The notes under the pieces are model-generated. The model was given only the letters and a program-made list of their open reading frames with translations. It did not search any database and was not told the origin of the DNA. A stretch of DNA of 64,000 nucleotides, from contig OZ024740.1 of NCBI GenBank assembly GCA_964016885.1, forward strand, positions 237,398,001 through 237,462,000, written 5' to 3'. This document shows, in pieces, positions 1-19,249 of the stretch (positions within the stretch are counted from its first letter, which is position 1; each line of letters starts with the position of its first letter). Source of the DNA: Eledone cirrhosa. Its lineage: Eukaryota. The translations under genes were made by a program, and so were the position numbers.

Positions 1-880
1 GCGATCAGTGGAGACTCCACTTCGTCATTCTATAGAGGGTTGGTCCGCAGCAAGTGCGACGACACGCTCGGTGAACGTTTAGGTGTAAAGGAAGACGAAC
101 TGGCCAGTCTGTTTGGTAGGACCTTCCACCCGGGACTGATGGACAACTTCCAAAAGTCCCTGGCCTGGCCATGCTACCGAGGAGCTCTACCAGTTCGATT
201 CAAGCTCTACAGACATGGGCAGGCACCCTGCAAAAAAGATCTGTCTGAGGTGCGTGCGAGACGAAGAAACCGTCGCGCACGCATTCATACACTGCCCGGG
301 CGTCACCGACCTGTGGGGCTATGTAGAACGACTATTGTCGCGGGTGGGACCAATCCGGTTGACCACCGAGTCCATTGTCATGATCAAACCGCCACCCTCC
401 TTCAAAAACGAAGGAGAGGCGGTTTTCTTTTGTGTGATAGCTATGGCGAAAGAGGTTGTATGGTGGACAAGGTTGAAAGGGCTGAGGTCAGACACCTTTC
501 TCTCCGGCCAACAACTGATTCTTTTTTTCAAATATCACTTTGGAAGAAGAATCAGGATGGAGAGAGAGGTGCTGTACCCCAGCAAGTTTTATGAAAGGTG
601 GGTGAAAGTGGCGAGAATTGCCCAAGTGAATGGGCCTTCTCTCTATATCAGCCTGTAGGTTGAGGAAAAGGAGGAGGAGAGGAAAGGAGTACAAACTCTT
701 CGTACTCCTGGAGATGAGGATTGCACATTTTTTTTCGGGTGTATATGTTACCCATATGTAATGTCTCCCCCTATTGGGGAAAATCGACTAATTTTTAAAT
801 TGCATTTGTGATAATATTTTACACGTTTTTATTGCATGTAAACTTCCCCCTTCTTTTGTGCCCCTGTGGCTAATAAAGAA
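1..880 (+). mobile_element. L1/Tx1-clade non-LTR retrotransposon, 3' end (ORF2 C-terminus with CCHC zinc-binding motif; frameshifted)
   Basis: Frame 1 reads ...FQKSLAWPCYRGALPVRFKLYRHG. Near the A6 run at 232-237 it shifts into the ORF 215..658 frame, CLRCVRDEETVAHAFIHCPGVTDLW (Cx2Cx8Hx4C, typical of L1/Tx1 ORF2 C-termini). Stop at 656-658, AATAAA at 872-877, then (TA)n. Confidence 0.85.
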
Positions 881-909
881 ACATATCTGTCTCTTTATAT
901 GTCTGTGTG

Positions 910-988
<79 letters not shown>

Positions 989-1043
989 ATAAATAAGAAG
1001 TGTAAGTCAACAGGGTAAAATTAGCTTCGTTTATTCACATTCG

Positions 1044-1100
1044 CTGCTATATATATTTCAGTGATAGCCATTATTCAACAGTTATGTCCTCATCAGGCAG
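1044..1100 (-). ncRNA. Type I hammerhead ribozyme motif (minimal, palindromic helix III)
   Basis: Minus strand: CUGC-CUGAUGA-[GGACAUAAC...GGCUAUCACU]-GAAAUAUAUAUA-GCAG. Helix I CUGC/GCAG, AUA cleavage triplet, imperfect helix II. Same layout as 2988-3051. Confidence 0.6.
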
Positions 1101-1775
1101 TAAGAATTTAAACAGAAAAACAGGAAAACATGATGTTGTAATGGATTTTACCGTGTTAATTCATTGATATGCCCAGCTCCTGGGTGTGTTGTTAATCCTC
1201 TAAGGAACTGGAACCATATGATTAAGAATGAACGAATTTCAGTCAGCGTCCAAAGGATATACCTCCACATCATTGGTTAGATATCATACCTCCCCCAGCC
1301 GAAAGTCTACTGAAATTCTTCAGTACCAGGTCAGCCTGTTATTATTGCTTTTAACTGCATGTTCTAGTCCGGTTGACCTACTTCACTGTGGACATAGTGA
1401 TAGTGGTGTGAGCAGGTCAGTTAGCCAGTCAACTACAAACCCTTGTTATGTTGTCAAGAAGAATTCATGTATGTAAACTGATAGAGTTCAGTACTTCTCT
1501 CTACAGGTGTCAGTAAACCACCAACACATACTCCAAAATTATATATATATATATATATATGTATGCAAAAGGCAAACAGAAATAACAAAGGAAACAACAC
1601 AGTAATTTGAAGAAATATATTAGTTTTACACTTGATTTAGTAGGAAAAGAGTCAATACTTTGGGTGCTAGTCCTTCATTAGTGAGTAAAATGAGAAAGTA
1701 AAGAAGAAGTAGAAAGACAGAAGAGAGTAGGCATGCACACATATATGTATACATTTATGTATATATGTATATATA

Positions 1776-2322
1776 TCATCATCATCATCGTTTAACGTCC
1801 ATCTTTCATGCTAGCATGGGTCTGGACGGAAATTGTCCCACTTGAGGCAAGATTGGTTGTCTTGCTCGGGACTGTCTGGCGGGTTTTCTACGGCTGGATG
1901 CCCTTCCTAACACCAACCACGTTTACAGTGTGGACTGGGAGGTTTTTACCGTGTTACCTACACGGCCACATTACAGCGTGGACTGTGTGTTTTTTTTGTT
2001 GTGACACCTACACGACCTCATTTATTTACGACTGGATGTTGTGGTACCAACATAACTTTACATTGAAAGGGGTGGTGTAGATGGTGGTGGGGGTAGTGGG
2101 ACGGGGGTGTATGTTGGTTAAGAGGTGACTACTGACTGTAGGTTTCGCTTTGTACTTAGGCAAGGCGGGTCTTCTGTATTACTGCGTAGCGCCAAAGAAC
2201 TCGCTCCAGTGACATTGTCTTCGAGGTGTAAGTGTGTGAGGTCGAAATTTATCAAGTCATCCCAGGTTTTTCTGGGTCTACCTACTCCGTAGCTACCGTC
2301 TATTTTGATCGCCCTGCATTTA
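1776..2322 (-). mobile_element. RTE LINE family 1, 5'-truncated older copy
   Basis: Minus-strand [28 protein letters not shown] matches the C-terminus of ORF 41507..42085. Shared 3' UTR and (ATG)n tail; flanked by TA repeats. Confidence 0.85.
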
Positions 2323-2386
2323 TATATATATACACACATATATATATATACATATATACATATATATATATATACATATATATATA

Positions 2387-2550
2387 TCATCATCATCATC
2401 ATCATTTTACGTCCGCTTTTCCCTGCTTGCAAGGGTGGGACGGATCTTATTCAGCACAGCATCTCTCCACTCGTCACGGTCCCTCGTCATCTCCACCGTG
2501 AGCTTCAATGATCTGAGGTCTGTTCTCACCACCTCCGCCCATGTTTTTCG
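2387..2550 (-). mobile_element. RTE LINE family 2, very short 3' fragment
   Basis: Near-identical to 62069-62238, with (ATG)n tail. Confidence 0.85.
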
Positions 2551-2574
2551 TATATATATTTATATATACATATA

Positions 2575-2605
<31 letters not shown>

Positions 2606-2606
2606 T

Positions 2607-2679
<73 letters not shown>

Positions 2680-2756
2680 TTATATATATATTTATATATA
2701 TATATATATATATATGATATTAAATAAATGGAAACTATATTTATAAAACCATATTT

Positions 2757-2820
2757 ATTTCGTTATATATATTTCAGGGATATCATATTAACAATATGTT
2801 ATGCCATCTTCAGACAAAAT
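2757..2820 (-). ncRNA. Type I hammerhead ribozyme (mirror copy in left palindrome arm)
   Basis: Exact reverse complement of 2988-3051. Confidence 0.7.
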
Positions 2821-2987
2821 ACAATATAAACAGTCTTATAAATAAATAGATACGACATACCTTTCAATCACCTTGCATTTGTGAGGTTGATTTGGCAGAT
2901 CAGATTTGACTGCCAAATCAACCTCACAAATGCAAGGTGATTGAAAGGTATGTCGTATCTATTTATTTATAAGACTGTTTATATTGT

Positions 2988-3051
2988 ATTTTGTCTGAAG
3001 ATGGCATAACATATTGTTAATATGATATCCCTGAAATATATATAACGAAAT
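2988..3051 (+). ncRNA. Type I hammerhead ribozyme
   Basis: AUUUUGU-CUGAAGA-[UGGCAUAACAUAUU GUU AAUAUGAUAUCCCU]-GAAAUAUAUAUA-ACGAAAU. 7-bp helix I (one G-U), extended helix II, palindromic AUAUAUAU helix III, AUA triplet. Confidence 0.7.
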
Positions 3052-3182
3052 AAATATGGTTTTATAAATATAGTTTCCATTTATTTAATATCATAAATAT
3101 ACTCCAAATACTTGTTGAGTGCTTTTATATCAGTTATAAATATTTACTCGTTGTTAACCCAACAATTTAAATATAACTTTCC

Positions 3183-3355
3183 ATATATATATGTATATAT
3201 ATTTATATATACATATATATATATTTATATATACATACATATATATATATGTATATATATTTATATATACATATATATATATTTATATATACATACATAT
3301 ATATATATGTGTATATATATATATATATATTTATATATACATACATACATATATA

Positions 3356-3420
<65 letters not shown>

Positions 3421-3571
3421 GTGTGTGTATATATATATATATATATTTATATATACATACATATATATTTATATATACATATACATATATATATATATTT
3501 ATATATACATACATATATATATATGTGTGTATATATATATATATATTTATATATACATAGATATATATATA

Positions 3572-3623
<52 letters not shown>

Positions 3624-3641
3624 CATAGATATATATATATA

Positions 3642-3695
<54 letters not shown>

Positions 3696-3707
3696 CATAG
3701 ATATATA

Positions 3708-3765
<58 letters not shown>

Positions 3766-3779
3766 CATAGATATATATA

Positions 3780-3869
<90 letters not shown>

Positions 3870-3883
3870 CATAGATATATATA

Positions 3884-3915
<32 letters not shown>

Positions 3916-3983
3916 CATAGATATATATATATATATATGTGTGTATATATATATATATGTATATATATATCTGTATATATATA
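3183..3983. repeat. Compound (TA)n microsatellite
   Basis: TA runs interrupted by TACA, TGTG, TTTA and TAGA. Confidence 0.95.
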
Positions 3984-3997
3984 AACGAACAAGTATG

Positions 3998-4093
3998 ACC
4001 CCGACGGCAGAGCTCAAGCCGTTTCGACGGCTATTTCTGGACTAAATAAGAATTTTTAGCCTGGTAGATAAATAGCCGAACTCCTCAGGGGGT
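3998..4093 (-). ncRNA. Type I hammerhead ribozyme with full helix III and GUC site
   Basis: Minus strand: ACCCC-CUGAGGA-GUUCGGCUAUUU...AAAUAGCCGUC-GAAACGGC-UUGAGCUCU-GCCGUC-GGGGU. Helix I 5 bp, helix II core 9 bp, helix III ACGGC/GCCGU with palindromic GAGCUC in the loop. Confidence 0.85.
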
Positions 4094-4590
4094 ATTTCCT
4101 TATTTGGGAAGATAGTAATTGTCAAAAGTGTGTTGTAAAGACAGATAAATGTATCATAGCATTTGGTGGGAGGTAGGAGTGGCTGAACTTGCCGGTAGAA
4201 CAAAGATGGAGTGGGGGAAACCTAGTCAAGCGTTGAAAGTGAAATCTATACAGGAGAGTCTATAAAAGGTCGAAAAAAGTGTACTGGAGAAGAGAAGGTA
4301 AATCTAAAGGGATTAAAAAAACCCATTATAAAAATAAGGAAATAAATATTTAAAAAACCATTTCTAGTTACTAAGCCATTTCCACAATCACCAAATTTCT
4401 CATTGGTAATGCTAAGCTATAGAAAAGTTTAATAGGATGGGAACAATACTAAATACGAGATAGTAGTGAAAGAAATTAATAAAGCCGGCTTTACAGGGGG
4501 TCTAACACCACTGCTATAGATATTTAGTACTCAGCCAATGCTATCTTACAATGACAGGTTAATAAGTTGAGAACAAAAATACTAAAACAC

Positions 4591-4715
4591 TACTACAAAA
4601 ATACTAATAGAAAATATTAATACAAAAATACTAATACAAAAATACTAATACAAAAATACTAATACAAAAATACTAATACAAAAATTCTAATACAAAAATA
4701 CTAATACAAAAATAC
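4591..4715 (+). repeat. 14-bp tandem repeat (TACAAAAATACTAA)n, about 9 copies
   Basis: Direct inspection. Confidence 0.9.
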
Positions 4716-4908
4716 CACTAAGAAATTTAGAAACCACAGAAATGGAGCAGCAACCAGAAAGAAAAAAATTTACTGAGGTCTCACACATCTGCTATAAAAA
4801 GCATAATTGGCCAATTCTAACTTAAAATTAGGAGGAAGGGGGTACTGAGGGGAAGGGGGTACTTACGCTTTTTATAGCAGATGTGTTAGACCCTAGTGTA
4901 TATGTATA

Positions 4909-4939
<31 letters not shown>

Positions 4940-4942
4940 GTA

Positions 4943-5862
4943 TCATCATCATCATCAACGTTTAACGTCCGTGTTCCACGCTTGCATGGGTTTGGATGGG
5001 GGTTTTCCCACTTGAGGCAAGAGTGATTGTCTTGCTCGCATAGGACTGTCTGGCAGGTTTTCTACAGTTGGATGCCCTTCCTAACACCAACCACATTTAC
5101 AGTGTGGGTCTGGGAGGTTTTTACCGTGTTGCCTACACGGCCACATTACAGCGTGGACTGTGTGTTTTTTTGTCGTGACACCTACACGATCTCATTTGTT
5201 TCGGCCTGGATGGTGTGGCACCAACATAACTTTACATAGAAGGGGGCGGTGTGGATGGGGTGGGGGTGGTGGGACGGGGGTGTATTTTGTTAGAGATGCC
5301 TACTGACTAGTAGGTTTTACTATGTATTTAGGTAAGGCGGGTCTTCTCTATTACTGAGTACCGCCAAAGGTCTCGGTCCAGTGACATTGTCTTGGAAAGG
5401 TGTAAGTGTGTGAGGTCAAAGTTTATCAGCTCGTCCCAGGTTTTTCTAGGTCTGTCTATTCCGTGGCTACCGTCTATCTTTATTGCCCTGCACTTTGTTA
5501 TACAGCTATCGACTTTCATTTGCATCACGTGACCATACCAACGTAGCCTTCTCTCGAGTAAACAACATTTGATCCCTCTTATTTCTAATTTTTTCCTTAG
5601 TTCGTTTATGCTTTGCCGTTCACGTATATTACTATTACACATCCAGCGGAGCATGCAAGCTTCGTTCCTCTCTAGTCTGCGTATATCCTCTGCACACAAT
5701 GCCCAGGTCTCACTGCCATGCAACATTGCTGTCCGTATGCAGGCATCATACAACCTGCCTTTCATTTTTAGGGAGAACCCTTTCGCGGCTAATAGTGGTA
5801 TAAGCTCTCTGAACTTTTTCCATCCAGTTCTGACTCTAGCTACTGTACTTTCAGAGCACCCT
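4943..5862 (-). mobile_element. RTE LINE family 1, 5'-truncated copy
   Basis: ORF 5328..5765 (MLHGSETW...RRLRWYGHV...RPRKTW) is a typical RTE ORF C-terminus; 3' UTR and (ATG)n tail. Confidence 0.92.
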
Positions 5863-11794
<5,932 letters not shown>

Positions 11795-12019
11795 GATCGA
11801 GTATCGAAAAATCGGCGCACGAGTTCACGAAAAACGAAATTCGATATGAGCGGCAGAGGGCTCAATAATTCAGATGAATCAGAGCTATAACTATCGTTAA
11901 AATACCGTCACATATAGAACAAGTCTACAATCAACCATACGATTTAAAATCGATAAAGGAAGATTCGGGCCAAACAGATAAAAATATCAATAAAACAATA
12001 CGTCAATAATTTTATATTT

Positions 12020-12060
12020 GTATATATATATATATGTATATATATATGTATATATATATG

Positions 12061-12091
<31 letters not shown>

Positions 12092-12095
12092 GTAT

Positions 12096-12167
<72 letters not shown>

Positions 12168-12172
12168 GTATG

Positions 12173-12211
<39 letters not shown>

Positions 12212-12256
12212 GTATGTATATATATATATGTATGTATGTATATATATATATGTATG

Positions 12257-12337
<81 letters not shown>

Positions 12338-12485
12338 GTATGTATGTATATATATATATGTATGTATATATATATATATATATATGTATGTATATATATA
12401 TATATATGTATGTATATATATATATATATGTATGTATATATATATATATGTATATGTATATATATATGTATATGTATATATATAT
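12020..12485. repeat. Compound (TA)n/(TATG) microsatellite
   Basis: Direct inspection. Confidence 0.95.
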
Positions 12486-12580
12486 GTTGTTATATTTGGG
12501 GAGGGTCATATTTGCGTAATATTGCCAGAATTAATAACAGAACACACTCACTGTTTGGTTGGTTTTCGCTTCTCGCTGTC
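12486..12580 (-). mobile_element. 3' end of a dispersed repeat family also at 15325-15505 and 31145-31310
   Basis: Reverse complement ends ATGACCCTCCCCAAATATAACAA, matching ATGACC(T/C)TCCCAAAGTATAACAA in the other two copies. Confidence 0.6.
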
Positions 12581-12596
12581 TTTTATATATATATAT

Positions 12597-12961
12597 CTGC
12601 GATCTAACTTACTCGGTCCTCAATGTTGCCATTGACTCACCGGCGGTCAAAAATAATACAGATACAATATAGACACAAACACATATATATAGTTTACATA
12701 ATTTACAGCAAATTATATATGTATATATATGTATGTATATATATATATATATGTATGTATATATATATATGTATATTGATATATATATATGTATGTATAT
12801 ATATATATATGTATATATATATCTGCGATCTAACTTACTCGGTCCTCAATGTTGCCATTGACTGACCGGCGGTCAAAAATAATACAGATACAATATAGAC
12901 ACAAACACATATATATAGTTTACATAATTTACAGCAAATTATATATGTATATGTATGTATG

Positions 12962-12992
<31 letters not shown>

Positions 12993-13027
12993 ATATATAT
13001 ATGTATATTGATATATATATATGTATG

Positions 13028-13030
<3 letters not shown>
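12597..13030 (+). repeat. Tandem duplication, period about 226 bp (unique segment plus adjacent microsatellite)
   Basis: CTGCGATCTAACTTACTCGGTCCTC...ACAGCAAATTATATATG at 12597 and 12823; one substitution seen in the unique part. Confidence 0.9.
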
Positions 13031-14200
<1,170 letters not shown>

Positions 14201-14334
14201 TATATATATGCACGTATCGCTTTACCGAACATTTATTATAATGCTCGGTTTGTTTGTTTGTAAATAAACAAACAGCCCGAATTACGCCGTACAGTGTTTA
14301 GGCAACCACGTCACCTTTTTGTTCAACACTGACA

Positions 14335-14393
14335 CAGGAACGATGTACTAGTTTCAAGCTTATTTGCTATCGTCAGCATCGTATACCTTCCTG
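14335..14393 (-). ncRNA. Minimal type I hammerhead ribozyme (dimer-type, GUA site)
   Basis: Minus strand: CAGGA-aggtat-ACGAUG-CUGACGA-UAGC AAAUAA GCUU-GAAAC UA GUA-CAUCGU-UCCUG. Helix I is 6 bp plus a bulged 5-bp extension; helix III is the palindrome ACUAGU. Confidence 0.85.
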
Positions 14394-14706
14394 CCAGATG
14401 GTTGAGCGTCTGAAAGTATATAATTTCCTTATGCATATTAACGGCTGAGCAGCCTAATTTGCATATCGAGTGAGTTCAGTCGGCCGAGCGCACCGAAAAC
14501 GATAAATGGAATAATGAAACGGAATTTCATTTCTCACTCTGTGTACGGCACTTACTTAAATGTAAGTATGCATATATTTATTAAAATAACAGATTAAAGT
14601 TTAATCAAAGAATCGCTGCTTTCACCCTTAACGGGATCTTCTGAGACTCTTTGGATTTTAGTCTTCAAATTTATTATTATTGTTATATATACATATATAT
14701 ATATAA

Positions 14707-15097
<391 letters not shown>

Positions 15098-15145
15098 TAC
15101 AAACTTTTGGAGTTACCCCTAACCATATATATATATATATATATA

Positions 15146-15216
<71 letters not shown>

Positions 15217-15221
15217 TCATA

Positions 15222-15268
<47 letters not shown>

Positions 15269-15324
15269 TCATACTCATATATATATATATATATACTCAT
15301 ACATATATATATATATATACACAA

Positions 15325-15505
15325 TAAGACCCTTTGAAAGAACTTTGACAATGTGTGAACAACTATCCGGTTGTGGAACCAACCAACCAACCAGAAATTT
15401 ATAAATTTCTTAAATTTATAATTCAATTTATAATAAATTGGAGTGAAAGCAACTGGTGCGTGTGTTTCTTATTGGCAACATGACCTTCCCAAAGTATAAC
15501 AATAT
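15325..15505 (+). mobile_element. Dispersed repeat, homologous to 31175-31310
   Basis: Shared CTTTGACAAT...AACAAC.ATCC.GTT...AACCAACC...AATTTATAATAAATTG...GGTGC.TGTGTTT..ATTGGCA.CATGACC.TCCCAAAGTATAACAATA. Confidence 0.75.
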
Positions 15506-15506
15506 A

Positions 15507-16176
15507 TCATCATCATCATCATCATCAACGTTTAACGTCCGTGTTCCATGCTTGCATGGGTTTGGACGGGGGTAGTCCCACTTGAGGCAAGAGTGATTGT
15601 CTTGCTCGCATAGGACTGTCTGGCAGGTTTTCTACAGTTGGATGCCCTTCCTAACACCAACCACATTTACAGTGTGGGTCTGGGAGGTTTTTACCGTGTT
15701 GCCTACACGGCCACATTACAGCGTGGACTGTGTGTTTTTTTGTCGTGACACCTACACGATCTCATTTGTTTCGGCCTCGATGGCGCGGCACCAACATAGC
15801 TTTACATAGAACGGGGTGGTGTGGATCGGGTGGGGGTGGTGGTGGTGGGACGGGGTGTATTTTGTTAGAGATGCCTACTGGCTGGAGTAGGTTTTACTAT
15901 ATATTTAGGTAAGGCGGGTCTTCTCTGTTACTGAGTACCGCCAAAGGTCTCGGTCCAGTGACATTGTCTTGGAGAGGTGTAAGTGTGTGATGTCGGAGTT
16001 TATCAGCTCGTCCCAGGTTTTTCTAGGTCTGCCTATTCCGTGACTACCGTCTATCTTTATTGCCCTGCACTTTGTTATACAGCTATCGACTTTCATGCGC
16101 ATCACGTGTCCATACCAACGTAGCCTTCTCTCGAGTAAACAACATCTGATCCCTCTTATCTCTAATTTTTTCCTTA
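15507..16176 (-). mobile_element. RTE LINE family 1, 5'-truncated young copy
   Basis: Nearly identical to 41106-41777. ORF 15905..16105 equals the C-terminus of 41507..42085. Confidence 0.92.
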
Positions 16177-16389
16177 TATATATATCTTATATATATATAT
16201 TTTCCTTATATATATATATATATGCATATAAGGACGATTTTTAAGCCTTCATTACATAATGAAGGGTTAGCAAATTGTCCTTGCATTATTATTTTACACT
16301 CTGTTTAGCTCTACAACTCGCCACTGACATGAACCTAAATATCGAGTGCTCACCTGGGTGAATCTACAGTAACTTCACGTTATCTCCCT

Positions 16390-16417
<28 letters not shown>

Positions 16418-16424
<7 letters not shown>

Positions 16425-16617
16425 TGAGATTCTACAGGACTAGAACTGTTTCATTCATTAGAAATCATCAGAAATTTCTAATGAATGAAATCATCAGAAA
16501 TTTCTAATGAATGAAACAGTTCTAGTCCTGTAGAATCTCATCTATATTAAAACTGTTATACTCTGCTATGTATTGAGTACCTTACTTACTGTGGTTACCT
16601 CCGATTCAACCCGGAAT
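16418..16617 (+). mobile_element. Hammerhead-bearing fold-back element, family B copy 1
   Basis: 48-bp perfect arms 16418-16465 / 16500-16547, with a 26-bp tandem duplication (16461-16512) at the centre. Tail TATACTCTGCTATGTATTGAGTACCTTACTTACTGTGGTTACC...CCCGGAA is shared with the copies at 30942, 37385 and 38062. Confidence 0.85.
16426..16478 (-). ncRNA. Type I hammerhead ribozyme (family B)
   Basis: Minus strand: GAAAUUU-CUGAUGA-UUUC UAAU GAAU-GAAACAG-UUCUAGUC-CUGUA-GAAUCUC. Helix III ACAG/CUGU with CUAG in the loop, GUA site; helix I 6 of 7 pairs. Confidence 0.7.
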
Positions 16618-16621
16618 AACG

Positions 16622-16658
<37 letters not shown>

Positions 16659-17062
16659 GCTTGTGTGTGTGTGTACAAATGCATGCATAGTTGCAACCAT
16701 CTTGACTTTTATATATATATATATACATACATATACACACACACACCTGTGTGTGTGTGTGTGCATACGTAAGGAAATATTTTTTGTTATCAAAATATTT
16801 TTACATATCTCTTAATAACCAGCTCTTTTGTTAACAGTTTACATTATTAATGCCTACTAATTACTTTAAATATTTACTCACATTTTTTGTCTACATTACT
16901 ATATATATTTATCTCGTGCCTGTCTGTGATTTACAACAATTAGAATTATTTTCAATTAAGCTTTATTTGTGAACAAAAAGAAATTTATTTGTATTCATTG
17001 AAGTAAAGCAGTGTAAAAATAAATATTTGGAAATGGTGGAGACAAAATTCTAATGTTCTTAC

Positions 17063-17283
17063 CCATTTAGAACAATTTCCTCCATTTCCTCTGCAAATTC
17101 ATCAATTCGTGGTCAGAATACTTGCAATGACTAGATTGTAATCTTGACAGTGGTAACAGAACTGCTGTTATTCATTAGTTGGAGATTAGAGTTACATTGA
17201 CACTAGCAGAGATTCATTGTGCAACTCCAACCACCAACTTCCTGTCATAAGTCTCTGTTGATTGCTTTAACAATATTCTTTTC
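17063..17283 (-). other. Candidate exon (possibly 5' UTR plus start MEEIVLNG)
   Basis: Minus-strand acceptor TTTTGTAACAG| and donor GG|GTAAGA. No homology support. Confidence 0.2.
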
Positions 17284-17849
17284 CTGTTACAAAATTCTTC
17301 AGTGGTATCTTTTACAACGTCAACTTCCTCTCATCAATCTTGATATAATATGCTGTTTCTCTGCCTCTCATATTGTAACAAAATGTTTATACCCCTATCA
17401 TTCTACAACAGTTTCACACTTATATTCTCCACATTATGTTATAACAATAAAAGGTTTATCTCTTTATCGTACTGAACAATAAAATGTTTATGGTTTGTCT
17501 CCCTCTCATGTAGAAATCTAGTTTTAAGTTGTGTAATTTGTTTAGGTATATACTCTTTTACTGACTCTAAAGATTATATATCTGATTAAGGATTATATAA
17601 TTGACTAAAAATCATGTCACTGGCTAAACCTTATATTGCTGACTAAAGATTATATCACTAGATGAAGATTATTTTGTATTTCACTGTAGTGACAATTAGA
17701 TATTTGATATTTGCGTTTAAGAATCATCAAAAGTTACTAACTATATCTTAAAAAAGTACATTGTTCAATCTATATTTGATAAGGCTTTACCATCTAATCT
17801 TCTCAACCTATTTCTCTTAATATCATTGTGGTCAGAATTTACTTGTTTC

Positions 17850-18045
17850 TCTGAATGATTACTCAACCCTCCAGAAATAGCAATCAAATCTCCCTAAAAC
17901 CACAACCCATCATTTTAGAAAAAGAACACATTGAATAGTTTAGTCATTAGCACATTTGTTTTTAAAATGACAGGATGATCATAGCTAGAGTGTCAATGAG
18001 ATTTTAGGTCTGCTTCATCAGAGTTGCCCTGGGACAAAACAAACC
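17850..18045 (+). mobile_element. Old dispersed repeat family (relatives at about 21890-22095, 25220-25280 minus, 41035-41102 plus 43920-44040, and 44090-44190)
   Basis: Recurrent CCAGAAATA.CA..CAAATCTCC....AA.CACA.C motif and 3' ...CAGAGTT..CCTGGG...AAA(C/T)AAC end. Confidence 0.55.
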
Positions 18046-19249
18046 TTGCCATTAAACCTTAAATACTGAGATGTCCTTCAAGCACATTTCTCAGCCAATC
18101 TCACATGGTAGGTGTTCAGTTGACCATTCCTTCTTTGTTTTAGGAACAATGTCATCAGATTTGTAGTTTGTTGATACAAATTTGGCTACTACATTGAGCA
18201 AGTGAAAGAACTGCATAGAAGTTTGACTTATGATTCATAAAATAACCTGTTTTATCTAAAAGTCAGTTGTATTTATGACATCTAGTTTTCAATATAAATC
18301 TTCTGAAATAAATTCCAGTGAAGTTTAGATTGGGTTTGTTCTTCCATAAATATTTGTTTTCCAAGAGTGGTAACCTATTTAGAATTCTTATATTTCCAGC
18401 AAATGCTTATGGAAGCTGATGTTTCATGAAAGATTCCACATGAGAGATTATACCATGTATAAATTATAGTAAATAACTGAATAGAAATAATTTGTTTATT
18501 GACTATTGATCTGGCATGATAGATATTCCATGTGCAATGAACAGTGTAGTCATTGCACTAGTCAATATCTCTGACATCTATATTTAGAAGTTAACTCAAC
18601 TATTCTATTTATGTCAATAAAATATCTCTGCTTGGTGAACAAAAACATTTTTTGATAATAAAAATTTAACAATATCAAAAACAATGAAATAATTAATAAC
18701 ATTAGTAATGATATTTCAATGATTTTCTAAATTTTCAGCTTTCGATTTGTTTCACTCAAGCTTTTATTATAAAAAGGTTTGAAAGTGTATAATTTGTGAA
18801 AGTAATGTGAATGTTTAGTTTATATACTGCAAATATTAATATGATATTATTGATGATGATGCACTTGTGGTTGACAGGTTGAATCTTTGTATTTAATAAG
18901 TGATTTGTTCTGGGATATTATTAAGATCTCTATAATATTAGGTATAAATCACATCCAAGTATTCCAGCTAAAATCAAGGTGTTATTATCTAATGTTATGT
19001 GAAGGTAAGATTGATGACAGGAAGTTATCACTTTCCCTGAGACTGATAAATATTTTATCTTTGTTATATTATATTCTTAAGCATGGGATTTTAGTCTATC
19101 TATGAGAAATATTGGTACCAATCCAAATTCAGTTGAATAATCAATGTTAGGAATGACCATCTCCAATTTTTTTTTCTTTTTTTTTTTTTTTGTAAATATT
19201 CAAATCTTCATGACTATTAACACCATTATGAATGGTGATGATGATGATA

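Larger units (their letters stand above)
2713..3095. repeat. Perfect fold-back palindrome (186-bp arms, 11-nt spacer) of a hammerhead-bearing element; unique tail continues to about 3183
   Basis: 2713-2898 is the reverse complement of 2910-3095. The element is embedded in (TA)n on both sides. Confidence 0.95.
3984..4897 (-). mobile_element. Putative non-autonomous Penelope-like element (hammerhead near 3' end, terminal inverted segment at the other end)
   Basis: Non-coding island between TA arrays. Hammerhead at 3998-4093; inverted repeat CACATCTGCTATAAAAAGC (4784-4802) / GCTTTTTATAGCAGATGTG (4867-4885); homologous to 37662-37851 and 58310-58414. Confidence 0.55.

Noticed and set aside
1110-1500. 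Possible PLE ORF remnant upstream of the 1044 hammerhead
   Set aside because: No convincing motif could be read in any frame.
1645-1686. Possible hammerhead CTAATGA...CAAAG on the minus strand
   Set aside because: Multiple core mismatches and weak helices; not distinguishable from chance.
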